Virus record (IMG/VR): IMGVR_UViG_3300044716_000844
Span: 31,587 to 95,586 of that record
DNA length: 64,000 nucleotides
Reading direction: 5' to 3' (one strand)
Source: a virus
The notes under the pieces were generated by a model that was not told the DNA's origin, made no database searches, and saw nothing but the letters and a program-made list of their open reading frames with translations. Below, one piece after another: positions 1 to 9,885 of this stretch. Each line of letters begins with the position of its first letter. The stretch's first letter is position 1. The translations under genes were made by a program, and so were the position numbers.

Positions 1-2277
1 AACCTTGGCGCGACAAATGTAGGAAACGCGAGGGGTGTACTCAATCTTGTAAGTACCGGCGCTCTAACAATTGGTGGAAGTGTTGCTCTTACTGCAAGCA
101 ACTTTAACACTTATGCTCCAACGCTAACAGGTACAGGTGCTTCTGGTAACTGGGGCATCAATATTACTGGTAACGCCGCGACTGTTACCAACGGTGCTCT
201 TACTACTGGAACATTAGCTCAATTTGCCGCAACCACTTCTTCTCAACTTGCAGGCGTTATATCAGATGAAACAGGTAGTGGCGCATTAGTATTTGGTACC
301 GCTCCAACATTTACAACCACAATCGACGGTGGTGCGACATTCGGTGCATTTGCAAGTTCAACTGCGTTAACATTAGGTTATACTGGCACTGCAGCTTCTA
401 CAATTAATATTAGTACAGGTGCAACAGCTACAGCCACAACAAAAACTGTTAACCTAGGTACTGGTGGTGCGGCAGGTTCCACCACAAACATCAATATTGG
501 TTCAAATATTGCCGGCACCACAGCTATTTCATCGCCTACAATTACAATGGCAGGCGTAGTCGATACCGCTACAACGGCAACACACTACTATGTTGAAACA
601 TCTGGCGGTAATATTGCACCAAAAACACTTGCGAATGCAAGAACTGAAATCGTTAATACTGCTGCGGTTAATGCCGCTGGAGCAACAACACTTGGTACGG
701 TATCAGTTGGTACTTGGAACGGTAGTGTTATTAATGGCCAATATGGCGGCACCGGAGTTAACAATACTGGCCGCACAATCACGCTCGGCGGAAATATTTC
801 AACTGCTAACTCGGTCACAACATCCGGCAACTTCGCTCTTACCCTAACAACAACTGCGGCTACGAACGTAACTCTGCCAACTACCGGCACTCTTGCGACT
901 ACTGACAACTTATCTCAATTTGCAGCCACCACTTCTGCTCAATTAGCTGGCGTTATCTCAGATGAAACTGGCACTGGTGTATTAGTATTTGGCACCTCCC
1001 CAACATTTACTACCGGCATCAATGCTGCTAGTACGACAATGGCGTTATTTGACACAACTGCAACTACTGTCAACTTTGCCGGTGCCGCTACTACAGGTAA
1101 CTTCGGCTATGACGGCACAGCGGCTAGCACCACCAGACTTTCAACAGGAGCAACTGTTTCTGGTTCTACCAAAACTGTCAATATTGGTACTGGAGGAGCA
1201 TCTGGTTCTACAACAAATATTAATATTGGTTCAAGCACTCTCGGTGCATTAGGCACCACATACATTGACACTCCTATTGTACTGTTGTCGACCTCGACCG
1301 CGTTACCCGCGGCAAGACCCAAGGTAGGAGTTGGGGCGTACGCGCCGGCGACAATAGTCGGCGGAACCGACACCAGCGCCGTGCTTTCTATCGGCGGGAC
1401 CGACTTGAGTCTAGGGGTCGGTGATAGCACTGGATCGCTTAGCTTCATCACCGAGAGTGCTTCTTACTTTGCGACGTATGCTGATGCTGTTACTGGTGAA
1501 ATTGCTTCCATTTCGGAATCCGCTACAGGTGCTGCCTTTGGTCTTGCTTTCTATACCGGCACAACTACCGGTAGCAATCGCGGTGAACGGGTAAGGATCA
1601 GCGCCAATGGCAACGTAGGCATTGGAACGACGAGTCCAGCCTCAAGATTAGATGTAAACGGTACAGCTAGAGCAACTTCCATAGTAATAAACGGTGGCAC
1701 GCTTACAGCCAACTCTTCTGTAGGTACTGCTGGTCAAGTTCTAACATCGAATGGCACTGCAGTATATTGGTCAACGACAGGCGGCGCAGCTGTTTCTGAT
1801 ACTGCTCCAAGTACTCCAACAAGCGGTCAACTCTGGTTTGATTCTTCTGATAACACAATAAACGTCTTCTATAATGATGGAACAAGTTCACAGTGGGTAA
1901 GCGCTGTGAGCAGTCAAGCAGACGCAGCATTTAGAATCAAGACTTCAAACTACACCGCATCAAACCGTGATAACATTATTGCAGACACCAGCGCTGGTGG
2001 CTTTACCGTTACTCTTCCGGCTTCTCCCACTGCAGGTCAATACGTTACGATTTACGATAATGCGAGTTGGGGAATTAACAATCTGACGATCGGAAGAAAC
2101 GGCAGCACTATCGAAAGCCTTGCAGATGATTTTGTTATAGACGTCTCATCGATCAAAGTAGAGTTTATATATAATGGTAGCACTTGGCAAATCTATTCGT
2201 CTGTCGCACAGACCGGACCCGGAACAGCTGTTCCATCTCTCGATGAAGTCGCAGCAATAGCAATCGCACTAGGATAA
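1..2277 (+). CDS. Long tail fibre protein (5' truncated; frame +1 is open from base 1, so the true start lies upstream of the window)
   Basis: G/T/A/S-rich; fibre-type motif RVRISANGNVGIGTTSPASRLDVNG; internal duplication; C-terminal DTSAGGFTVTLPASP module. Confidence 0.8.
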   Translation, partial: NLGATNVGNARGVLNLVSTGALTIGGSVALTASNFNTYAPTLTGTGASGNWGINITGNAATVTNGALTTGTLAQFAATTSSQLAGVISDETGSGALVFGTAPTFTTTIDGGATFGAFASSTALTLGYTGTAASTINISTGATATATTKTVNLGTGGAAGSTTNINIGSNIAGTTAISSPTITMAGVVDTATTATHYYVETSGGNIAPKTLANARTEIVNTAAVNAAGATTLGTVSVGTWNGSVINGQYGGTGVNNTGRTITLGGNISTANSVTTSGNFALTLTTTAATNVTLPTTGTLATTDNLSQFAATTSAQLAGVISDETGTGVLVFGTSPTFTTGINAASTTMALFDTTATTVNFAGAATTGNFGYDGTAASTTRLSTGATVSGSTKTVNIGTGGASGSTTNINIGSSTLGALGTTYIDTPIVLLSTSTALPAARPKVGVGAYAPATIVGGTDTSAVLSIGGTDLSLGVGDSTGSLSFITESASYFATYADAVTGEIASISESATGAAFGLAFYTGTTTGSNRGERVRISANGNVGIGTTSPASRLDVNGTARATSIVINGGTLTANSSVGTAGQVLTSNGTAVYWSTTGGAAVSDTAPSTPTSGQLWFDSSDNTINVFYNDGTSSQWVSAVSSQADAAFRIKTSNYTASNRDNIIADTSAGGFTVTLPASPTAGQYVTIYDNASWGINNLTIGRNGSTIESLADDFVIDVSSIKVEFIYNGSTWQIYSSVAQTGPGTAVPSLDEVAAIAIALG

Positions 2278-2287
2278 TGAGGAAATA

Positions 2288-5200
2288 ATGGGAAAGAAGC
2301 TTATTACAGATTATGTGTTTACTCCAGGTTCAGCTGGAGTTGGTACTATCAGAATTCCTGGTAGATTCACACTTGAGAAATTTCTCGTAATCACTAACGT
2401 TACTCGCAACAAAGTTATTTACAACTTCGCGAGTACAGAATACTTTGGCACAGCCACTTCGTTCGTTACTGGAAACGATTCAGTTAACTTTCCAGTGATA
2501 ACTGACAGACACGACGGGTATACAGTCCTTACTCTTGCAGTCAGCACTTCGACACATAATGCTGCTGACCGACTACAGATCTTCATTGAAGATACCGAAA
2601 AGCACGTACAGATTAAACCATGGGACTTCGGTACTGACGCGATTGAAAGAATGCGAGTATCAAATCCAGAGTCACTCATCGACGCTGACTTTGAATACGG
2701 CCTTCAGCCAACGAAATGGGCTGGATACGGTACTGTTCGTGGTTATCCATCTGCGTATGAATTGCCAGGCGTGGATTTGATTACAACTGCAGTTACTACA
2801 GACTTTCAAACTACAAGTACAACGAACAGCTTAATTACCGTATCTACATCTACAGCTCATGGTATTTCTGCCGGTCAAGTAATCAACATTTCAGCTCTCA
2901 ACTCTGGAATTGCAGGATTTAGTAGAGCTGACGGTACATTCATTGTTAACTCTGCTCCATCTGGAAATACCGTCACGTATTTCGCGAGAGGTGTTGTTGG
3001 CGCATCAAGTGGTCAGTCGTTGCTTACAGATGCGACTGTGATGAAGCGAGGCGCGCTCTATTCAGGAGCATCGATACCAGTCGCTTCTGCAGCGAGTAAC
3101 GGTGCTAACCCATCAGTAATTACCTTGACATTTACTAATCCACACGGATTAATTCCAGGTACAGCTATTCATGCTATCGTTGCATCTGGCACTAACGCTG
3201 CCCTTGCTTCCGGGCCGTTTGTTGTCACAAGCGTCCCGAGCTTAACCACGCTGACATATACGGCAAGAGCCGGTGGTGTTGTCGCAACCCCAGCGACTGT
3301 TACGTTGTACGCATTTACAAATTCTACTATTATACATAGATCACAAGACGGTGGCGTTATTCTTTCAACTAAAACTCCAACTTACGGCGCGACTGTTGCG
3401 CGTCAGAGTAAAAGATACTTCCGTTATCAATCCGGTAAAGGTTTCCTTTGGTCAACTGGAACTTTATTCAGACCAAACTATGATATTCGAAGTATGACTG
3501 CTTCTGGAACAACTGTCGGTTCCACAATTACCGTCACAACTGATGATATCGATCATGGTTTACAAATCGGTGCAGTTATACAAATAGCTGGATCAACCAC
3601 TTCCGGTTATAACGGCACGTATACAGTAGCGTCTATTGTAAGTGACTACCAATTTACTGTAACGGCGACAAGTGTGCTTGGCGCAACTACTGCAGTACTA
3701 AACATTACCCCAAAGGTGTATGTAATAACGTGGGACGGCGCGGCGGTAAGAGCTGGATTATTTGACGAACAGAACGGGCTGTTCTGGGAATATGACGGTA
3801 GCATTCTATCGGTTGTAAAAAGAAACGCTACTGCTCAATTAAGTGGAACGCTTACGATTACACAAAACTCAAATGCTGTAACTGGCGCAAATACAAGATT
3901 TACTCAACAATTACGAGCAGGTGATAGAATCGTCATTCGCGGTATGACTCATCACGTCATACAAGTAGTAAGTGATACGTCCATGTTCGTGTCGCCTGAT
4001 TACAGAGGTGTTAACGCTGCTGGTGTAAAGGGTAATTTAATTCAAGAAACACGAATTAGACAAGAACAATTTAACATTGATACGATTGACGGCACTGGAC
4101 CAAGCGGATTCAATATTAATCTAAGCAAGATGCACATGGTAGGTCTACAGTATTCATGGTACGGTGCAGGCTTTGTTGATTTTATGGTCCGCGGTAGTGA
4201 TGGTAATTGGATTTTTGTGCATCGCATGAAAAACAATAACGTCAATGACGAAGCTTACATGAGATCTGGTAACCTTCCAGTCCGGTATTCTATCGAAAAC
4301 GACACGCCGGTAACATCTCTCACCTCTACCATTAACAGCTCAGTTACATCAATACCAGTTGCAGAACTAGCACACTTCCCAACGGCAGGAACGTTATACA
4401 TTGATAACGAAATCATTCGCTATAGCGGTAAATCTGCAGCGACTGGTGCTGGTAACTTGACTGGAGCTACTCGGGCAGCAACGCTGACCCAATGGCAAGC
4501 TGGTACTTCGTCCAACTTTACTGCTGCAGCTGCAGCGAGCCATACCGCAGGCACGGGTGTAATTCTGATCAGTAACACATGTTCTCCAACATTGAGTCAC
4601 TGGGGTTCTGCGTTGATCATGGACGGTGGATTCACAAAGGACCGCGGTTACATCTTTAACTATCAGCGGATCGGCTTGAGTCTTACGACTGCGAACCAAA
4701 CAGCGTTCCTCATTCGCCTTGCGCCATCTGTGTCAAACAGCCAGGTTGGTGGTCTTGGGGTAAGAGATCTATTGAATCGTTCTCAGCTTCTTCTACAAGC
4801 GGTTGGTGTATCTGTTTCCGGTGGTACAAACCCTGGTGCTTGTGTTGTTGAAGGTGTGTTGAATCCTAAGAATTTCGCTAACGCGACATGGCTTCCATTA
4901 AACGTAGAATCTGCGGGTGGACAACCAAGTCTTGCACAAGTCGCGACTGCTGTGACTTATAGTGCGGGCACTGTTGCAGTACCTGGAGAACAGGTCTTCG
5001 CTTTTGCTGCTCCTTCTACCGCGTCCGGAGCCGTGAACGACAGATTAGAACTTACAGAATTGAAGGAATTGACCGGTGCTCCACTCGGTGGTGACTTCCA
5101 GTATCCAGACGGATCTGATATTCTTGCGATCAATATTCGTTTAACCGCTGGTACTGGTCAAGGTCACGTTCTTCTTCGTTGGTCAGAAGCTCAAGCATAA
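2288..5200 (+). CDS. Large virion structural protein (970 aa, tail/baseplate associated)
   Basis: RBS GAGG; beta-rich repeats; motifs DADFEYG, RYQSGKG, YSWYGAG; located among fibre genes. Confidence 0.65.
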   Translation: MGKKLITDYVFTPGSAGVGTIRIPGRFTLEKFLVITNVTRNKVIYNFASTEYFGTATSFVTGNDSVNFPVITDRHDGYTVLTLAVSTSTHNAADRLQIFIEDTEKHVQIKPWDFGTDAIERMRVSNPESLIDADFEYGLQPTKWAGYGTVRGYPSAYELPGVDLITTAVTTDFQTTSTTNSLITVSTSTAHGISAGQVINISALNSGIAGFSRADGTFIVNSAPSGNTVTYFARGVVGASSGQSLLTDATVMKRGALYSGASIPVASAASNGANPSVITLTFTNPHGLIPGTAIHAIVASGTNAALASGPFVVTSVPSLTTLTYTARAGGVVATPATVTLYAFTNSTIIHRSQDGGVILSTKTPTYGATVARQSKRYFRYQSGKGFLWSTGTLFRPNYDIRSMTASGTTVGSTITVTTDDIDHGLQIGAVIQIAGSTTSGYNGTYTVASIVSDYQFTVTATSVLGATTAVLNITPKVYVITWDGAAVRAGLFDEQNGLFWEYDGSILSVVKRNATAQLSGTLTITQNSNAVTGANTRFTQQLRAGDRIVIRGMTHHVIQVVSDTSMFVSPDYRGVNAAGVKGNLIQETRIRQEQFNIDTIDGTGPSGFNINLSKMHMVGLQYSWYGAGFVDFMVRGSDGNWIFVHRMKNNNVNDEAYMRSGNLPVRYSIENDTPVTSLTSTINSSVTSIPVAELAHFPTAGTLYIDNEIIRYSGKSAATGAGNLTGATRAATLTQWQAGTSSNFTAAAAASHTAGTGVILISNTCSPTLSHWGSALIMDGGFTKDRGYIFNYQRIGLSLTTANQTAFLIRLAPSVSNSQVGGLGVRDLLNRSQLLLQAVGVSVSGGTNPGACVVEGVLNPKNFANATWLPLNVESAGGQPSLAQVATAVTYSAGTVAVPGEQVFAFAAPSTASGAVNDRLELTELKELTGAPLGGDFQYPDGSDILAINIRLTAGTGQGHVLLRWSEAQA

Positions 5201-5209
5201 GGAAATACT

Positions 5210-5425
5210 ATGCCAACTAGACTTAGTACGTTTATCACTGCAACGTCTCCAATCGGTGGAGCGACCGGAGGAGACGGCGATCGGGTATTTTTTGAGAACG
5301 ACCAAACTGTTACTTCAAACTATACTTTAGGTACGAACAAAAACGCTCTTACAGCTGGTCCAGTAACTGTTGCAAATAGTGTAGTAGTAACTGTACCAAC
5401 CGGTTCTTCTTGGACGATTGTGTGA
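5210..5425 (+). CDS. Small tail-associated protein (71 aa)
   Basis: RBS AAGGA, tight operon spacing, structural-type composition. Confidence 0.6.
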   Translation: MPTRLSTFITATSPIGGATGGDGDRVFFENDQTVTSNYTLGTNKNALTAGPVTVANSVVVTVPTGSSWTIV

Positions 5426-5433
5426 GGTGACAT

Positions 5434-6123
5434 ATGCCAATTAAAATCGAATCTCATCCATCTGCTTCTGGCATTTTTACGATTACAAATCCTAATAGTT
5501 CAACGCCAAGAGGTATTACACTTCCTGATGCTACAACTACTTTGGTTGGTACTGATACAACTCAGACCCTGACTAACAAGACGCTTTCCGGTGGGACTGT
5601 GACAGGGGCGACGATCTCTGGTAGCACTATCCAAGGCGGTGGGCTTACGCTTGGAACGGCTGTAGCTTCCACCTCTGGCACCTTTATAGACTTTACGGGT
5701 GTTCCTTCGTGGGCAAAGCGTGTGACTGTCATGTTTAACGAAGTTTCGACTAATGGAACAAGTCCCATAATAGTGCAGCTTGGGGATTCTGGAGGCGTTG
5801 AAACGACCGGATATCTGTCAATGGTTGGGGCAAGAGACCCATCAGGCGGGGTTCTTGGCGCGCTTACCAGCACAGCAGGTTTTGCGACCCAGTATATTGG
5901 AGCAGCCACATCGGTCTTTAATGGAACCCTTCAACTTTCAAACCTGACCTCAAACACATGGGTTGGCTCCGGTGTTGGTAACAACAATACCACCACAGCA
6001 TATGTGTACTTCTACTCTGGCTCAAAGACGCTTTCAGCGACTCTCGACCGCGTCCGCATTACTATGTCAAACGGCACCGACACCTTCGATGCTGGCCTTA
6101 TCAACGTCATGTGGGAGGGCTGA
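5434..6123 (+). CDS. Tail-fibre-related protein (229 aa)
   Basis: ITLPDATTTLVGTDTTQTLTNKTL fibre repeat; RBS GAGG. Confidence 0.6.
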   Translation: MPIKIESHPSASGIFTITNPNSSTPRGITLPDATTTLVGTDTTQTLTNKTLSGGTVTGATISGSTIQGGGLTLGTAVASTSGTFIDFTGVPSWAKRVTVMFNEVSTNGTSPIIVQLGDSGGVETTGYLSMVGARDPSGGVLGALTSTAGFATQYIGAATSVFNGTLQLSNLTSNTWVGSGVGNNNTTTAYVYFYSGSKTLSATLDRVRITMSNGTDTFDAGLINVMWEG

Positions 6124-6125
6124 GA

Positions 6126-6533
6126 ATGTCTACGCTAAGAGCTGATCAAATAACTAATTCTGCTGGTACCGGTGCTCCGTTATTTCCAAATGGTGCGAAC
6201 CTTTCAGGCGGTGTATCTATCGGTTATAGAAACATTCCTCCAGTTGGAACAAAAACATCTAGTTATACTCTAGCAGTAGGTGATGTAGGAAAGTATGTCC
6301 AAGTTGGAACTAGTGGTAGCATAACAATACCAAACGCTACTTTTAGCGAAGGTGACGCAATCACTATTTTTAATAACACTACAGGGAATATTACTGTTAC
6401 ATGTACCATTACAACAGCTTATATAGCTGGAACAGATACAGATAAAAACTCTGTCACATTAGCAACCCGCGGAATAGCGAATATCTTTTTCATCAGTGGC
6501 ACAGTATGTGTGATTACAGGAAACGTTACATAA
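6126..6533 (+). CDS. Tail-fibre-related protein (135 aa; start moved to ATG 6126)
   Basis: ATG 2 nt after the upstream stop; T/G/S-rich beta protein. Confidence 0.55.
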   Translation: MSTLRADQITNSAGTGAPLFPNGANLSGGVSIGYRNIPPVGTKTSSYTLAVGDVGKYVQVGTSGSITIPNATFSEGDAITIFNNTTGNITVTCTITTAYIAGTDTDKNSVTLATRGIANIFFISGTVCVITGNVT

Positions 6534-7312
6534 TGTCAGGTATTATACAAATGATGTTAGGTGCGCCATTTGCCTCTGCAGCATTTTTGGCGACAATCTC
6601 TTCTAACCAAACAGATCTCAATTTACGAACATGGGCTCTTGCAAATGGTTGGAATGGAACCGCACAAGCTACTATCACTGTCGGCTCAGGTGTTATTATA
6701 TCTGGAAGTGTTCAGGGCAACAGCACTGCAGCATTGACGATTGATGGATCTTGGCCAGGCGGGATTACTCTTATCAATAGTGGAGTAATCGCTGGTAGAG
6801 GTGGAACAGGAGGCGCCGGCGGCAGTGCCTCTAGTACTAACGGTGTAAATGGAAATATTGGTGGCACCGCTTTGACTGTTAGTGTCTCTGCATCTGTAAA
6901 CAACGCTGGGACAATTGCTGGAGGAGGCGGAGGCGGGGGTGGTGGGGGCCTATCGCTTGGCGGAGCACCTGGCGGTGATGATAGTGTTATCTCGTATTAT
7001 GGTGGTTGTGGTGGTGGCGGGGGTGCTTCTAGCAATACAACTGCTGCCGGAGGCGCTGCAGGTAGCAATGATGGCCTTCCAGGTGCCAGTGGCAATGCTG
7101 GTGGATCAGGAACATATAATTCTGCGGGACTTGGTGGGACCAAGACACTACATGCTTCTGGAGGAAACGGTGGGTCTTGGGGTGCAACAGGGTCGAATGG
7201 CGGCGCTGGTAATTATACAGCAGGTCTAGGCGGTGCGGGTGGTAGAGCTGTTAATGGTAATGCTAGCATAACTTGGATTGCGACTGGAACAAGATTAGGT
7301 TCTATAGTATAA
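6533..7312 (+). CDS. Glycine-rich receptor-binding adhesin, T2/T6 gp38-like
   Basis: TAATG coupling; motifs IAGRGGTGG, NNAGTIAGGGGGGGGGG and C-terminus GRAVNGNASITWIATGTRLGSIV recall the gp38 adhesin polyglycine architecture. Confidence 0.65.
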   Translation: MSGIIQMMLGAPFASAAFLATISSNQTDLNLRTWALANGWNGTAQATITVGSGVIISGSVQGNSTAALTIDGSWPGGITLINSGVIAGRGGTGGAGGSASSTNGVNGNIGGTALTVSVSASVNNAGTIAGGGGGGGGGGLSLGGAPGGDDSVISYYGGCGGGGGASSNTTAAGGAAGSNDGLPGASGNAGGSGTYNSAGLGGTKTLHASGGNGGSWGATGSNGGAGNYTAGLGGAGGRAVNGNASITWIATGTRLGSIV

Positions 7313-7322
7313 GGATAAAAAA

Positions 7323-7571
7323 ATGGATTTGCAATACAATTATAAAATAATCAAAGTAGATGAAGAAAATAAAGTGATGGAGATAGTATATACTCCCCAA
7401 GAACCTTCACATCTAGGAGAATATACTGTCGGCGCAAGGCTGCCGTATGTAGGTGAGAGTTTAGAGTCTGTAGTACAGATGTATGCACCCCTAGGGTTGT
7501 GGCATCAACAAATATACGAATTTGATACAGTAATTGAAGGATCTGAAGGATCTCTTATCTGCACTGTTTAA
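7323..7571 (+). CDS. Hypothetical protein (82 aa)
   Basis: RBS AAGGA; ORF only. Confidence 0.55.
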   Translation: MDLQYNYKIIKVDEENKVMEIVYTPQEPSHLGEYTVGARLPYVGESLESVVQMYAPLGLWHQQIYEFDTVIEGSEGSLICTV

Positions 7572-7575
7572 AATT

Positions 7576-8199
7576 ATGAATATACATTTATTGAACCATC
7601 CGTTTCCTCACGTTGTGATATATGACTTTTACACTGAAAAAGAGTTAGAAGATATTAAGCACGAATTGAAGTTCTTGACTAAGCCCGATAAGTTGATGCC
7701 CCCGGGTATTATGCATGGCGGAGGAGGACCGACTAATCATCACGCTCTATTGTTAGAGGATGCTTACACAAACAGAAAAATTTCAGACATACTTACTATA
7801 TTCAAAAGAAAGTATGATAAAAATCTTGTAGATTTAATAGTTGATAAGTTTCCTGAGTTTATGAAAATCAAACACATAAACAGTAGAATAACAAAAGTCA
7901 GATATTACTACAATGATGATGCTTATCCTCCACATATTGATATTACTAGAGACTTTCTAGCATTTTCATATTTCCATTCTCACCCACGCAAATTTAGCGG
8001 CGGTGAATTACATTGCACTGATTACAATTATACTTTAGATTGTTCTGATAACGTATTTGTGCTACTACCGTCATATGTAAAACACGAAGTTTTGAAAGTA
8101 CAAATAGAAGATGACGCATATTTTAATGGTAATGGGCGATACTGCGTATCGCAATTCCTCGACGTGATCCCGCACCAAATTGATAAAAAAATTGCATGA
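7576..8199 (+). CDS. 2OG-Fe(II) oxygenase (prolyl-hydroxylase-like)
   Basis: HxD (PHID) ... FSGGEL ... H (KHEV) ... R (GRYC) facial-triad pattern. Confidence 0.8.
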   Translation: MNIHLLNHPFPHVVIYDFYTEKELEDIKHELKFLTKPDKLMPPGIMHGGGGPTNHHALLLEDAYTNRKISDILTIFKRKYDKNLVDLIVDKFPEFMKIKHINSRITKVRYYYNDDAYPPHIDITRDFLAFSYFHSHPRKFSGGELHCTDYNYTLDCSDNVFVLLPSYVKHEVLKVQIEDDAYFNGNGRYCVSQFLDVIPHQIDKKIA

Positions 8200-8899
8200 G
8201 ATTAAGCAAATATATCACGTAGCAAGATGCGGATCCACTCTCATGGGTTCGCTTCTTTCAACAGTTTCTAAGACCTATCTCGAGCCTGAACATGGTATTG
8301 AGATGGCTAATACTGGAAAGATATACGATCAATACGAAGGTTCTGTAGTAAAATTTCAAAGCTTGTCTTTAATGAAACCTATACTGTTAAATGGACCAAA
8401 AGTATTTCTGTATCGGCCACTCGCTCAACACTTACACAAAATATCCAACGTACAGTCATATTGGTTAACCTTTCGGGCTGAATACTTAAGGACAAACTAC
8501 AAGGAATATGACGTATGGACTCCAACTTCTGATATAGAAATGATAGCTTATCACTGGATTCGATCAGTTCATGAGATGTCTCAACATACCAATGTGTTAT
8601 GGATTGAATCGAACAATTTGTTTATGCAACCAAAAATGACTATGGATTCTGTTTGTGACCATTTTAATTTTCCTAAGATTAGTGATTTTTCATTATCGCA
8701 AGTTGATGTTAAGAAAATGATGATCAACGGTAGATCTAGTGCGTGTGAGATAAATATAGCAGAAGCAACTCGTGTTTCAGTTGATCATGGCGTCATTCAT
8801 ACAAATGAAGCATCTACTGAAATTTTTAGTTTATGTAATATGATCGGAGAAACGTATAAGGTTTCTAATTCACTATTATACGGCAACAACGAATATTAG
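8180..8899 (+). CDS. Sulfotransferase-like P-loop protein
   Basis: N-terminal HVARCGSTLM (PAPS-binding-loop-like) and FLYRP motif. Confidence 0.55.
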   Translation: MIKKLHEIKQIYHVARCGSTLMGSLLSTVSKTYLEPEHGIEMANTGKIYDQYEGSVVKFQSLSLMKPILLNGPKVFLYRPLAQHLHKISNVQSYWLTFRAEYLRTNYKEYDVWTPTSDIEMIAYHWIRSVHEMSQHTNVLWIESNNLFMQPKMTMDSVCDHFNFPKISDFSLSQVDVKKMMINGRSSACEINIAEATRVSVDHGVIHTNEASTEIFSLCNMIGETYKVSNSLLYGNNEY

Positions 8900-8910
8900 G
8901 AATGTATTAA

Positions 8911-9876
8911 ATGCCAGTTACAATCAATGGAACAACAGGTATTGCTGGAGCAAACGGCTCTGCTACCACTCCAGCCGTGCAGGGCGGGGACAATAACACT
9001 GGTATCTTCTTCCCAGCAGCTGACACAATTGCTTTTGCTGAGGGTGGGTCCGAGGTCGCGCGGTTTGACAGTAGCGGGAACCTTGTTATTGGTACGACTA
9101 CCGCACTCAAAAGATTGACTACTGCTAGTAGTACTGATGGCGAAGGTATTGCCATTTGGAATCCAAGTACAGGTGCCACCACCGCCAAAAACACAAACCT
9201 CGCATTCTATTCAACAGACACTGTTGGTACAACAAAAGAAACTGCTAGTATTATTACGGTTCTTGCTGATAGTAACGCTGTCAACAGTGCCCTTTCTTTT
9301 AGAACAAGAGGGTCTGACTCTAATACAGAACGCATGAGGATCGCCTCTACTGGTGATATAACTCAACTTAACGCTACATCTGGGGCTGGTGCTATTGTAG
9401 GCGAACAGACGTTCCGCCGGACGGCTGATGGAACTGCAATTGGACCTGCTATCGCTGACTTCTTTGGTGCTACTTCGGCGATATCATTAGAAGCATTGTC
9501 AGTTTACGAGATCATAGCTTATCTAGTGTTTACGAAAACTACTGCCGGCACGATTACCCTTACTATGGCTGCATCATCTGCGCAGAATCGTATGGCAGGA
9601 ATTTATATAGGATCGCCTCTAACTGGTATTGGTGCAGGCAGCCCACAGTGGGGCTCTGCAGGATCACAAGGAGCCACTACAGCCCCGTTTGTCACAACTG
9701 GTTCTCTTACTACTGGAGTTAACCATGTATTCCAATTAAATATGCAAGTACAAACGATACTTACATCAAGCTGGAGATTACAAATTACTAGCTCTGCTGG
9801 TACTGTAACACCTTTAGCTGGTTCATATTACACCGTGAAGAAGATTAGCGCCACAACCGGCACGTTTGTATCATAA
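8911..9876 (+). CDS. Tail fibre protein (321 aa)
   Basis: NTGIFFPAADTIAF / ARFDSSGNLVIGTT / ERMRI fibre motifs. Confidence 0.65.
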   Translation: MPVTINGTTGIAGANGSATTPAVQGGDNNTGIFFPAADTIAFAEGGSEVARFDSSGNLVIGTTTALKRLTTASSTDGEGIAIWNPSTGATTAKNTNLAFYSTDTVGTTKETASIITVLADSNAVNSALSFRTRGSDSNTERMRIASTGDITQLNATSGAGAIVGEQTFRRTADGTAIGPAIADFFGATSAISLEALSVYEIIAYLVFTKTTAGTITLTMAASSAQNRMAGIYIGSPLTGIGAGSPQWGSAGSQGATTAPFVTTGSLTTGVNHVFQLNMQVQTILTSSWRLQITSSAGTVTPLAGSYYTVKKISATTGTFVS

Positions 9877-9885
9877 GGAATAATC

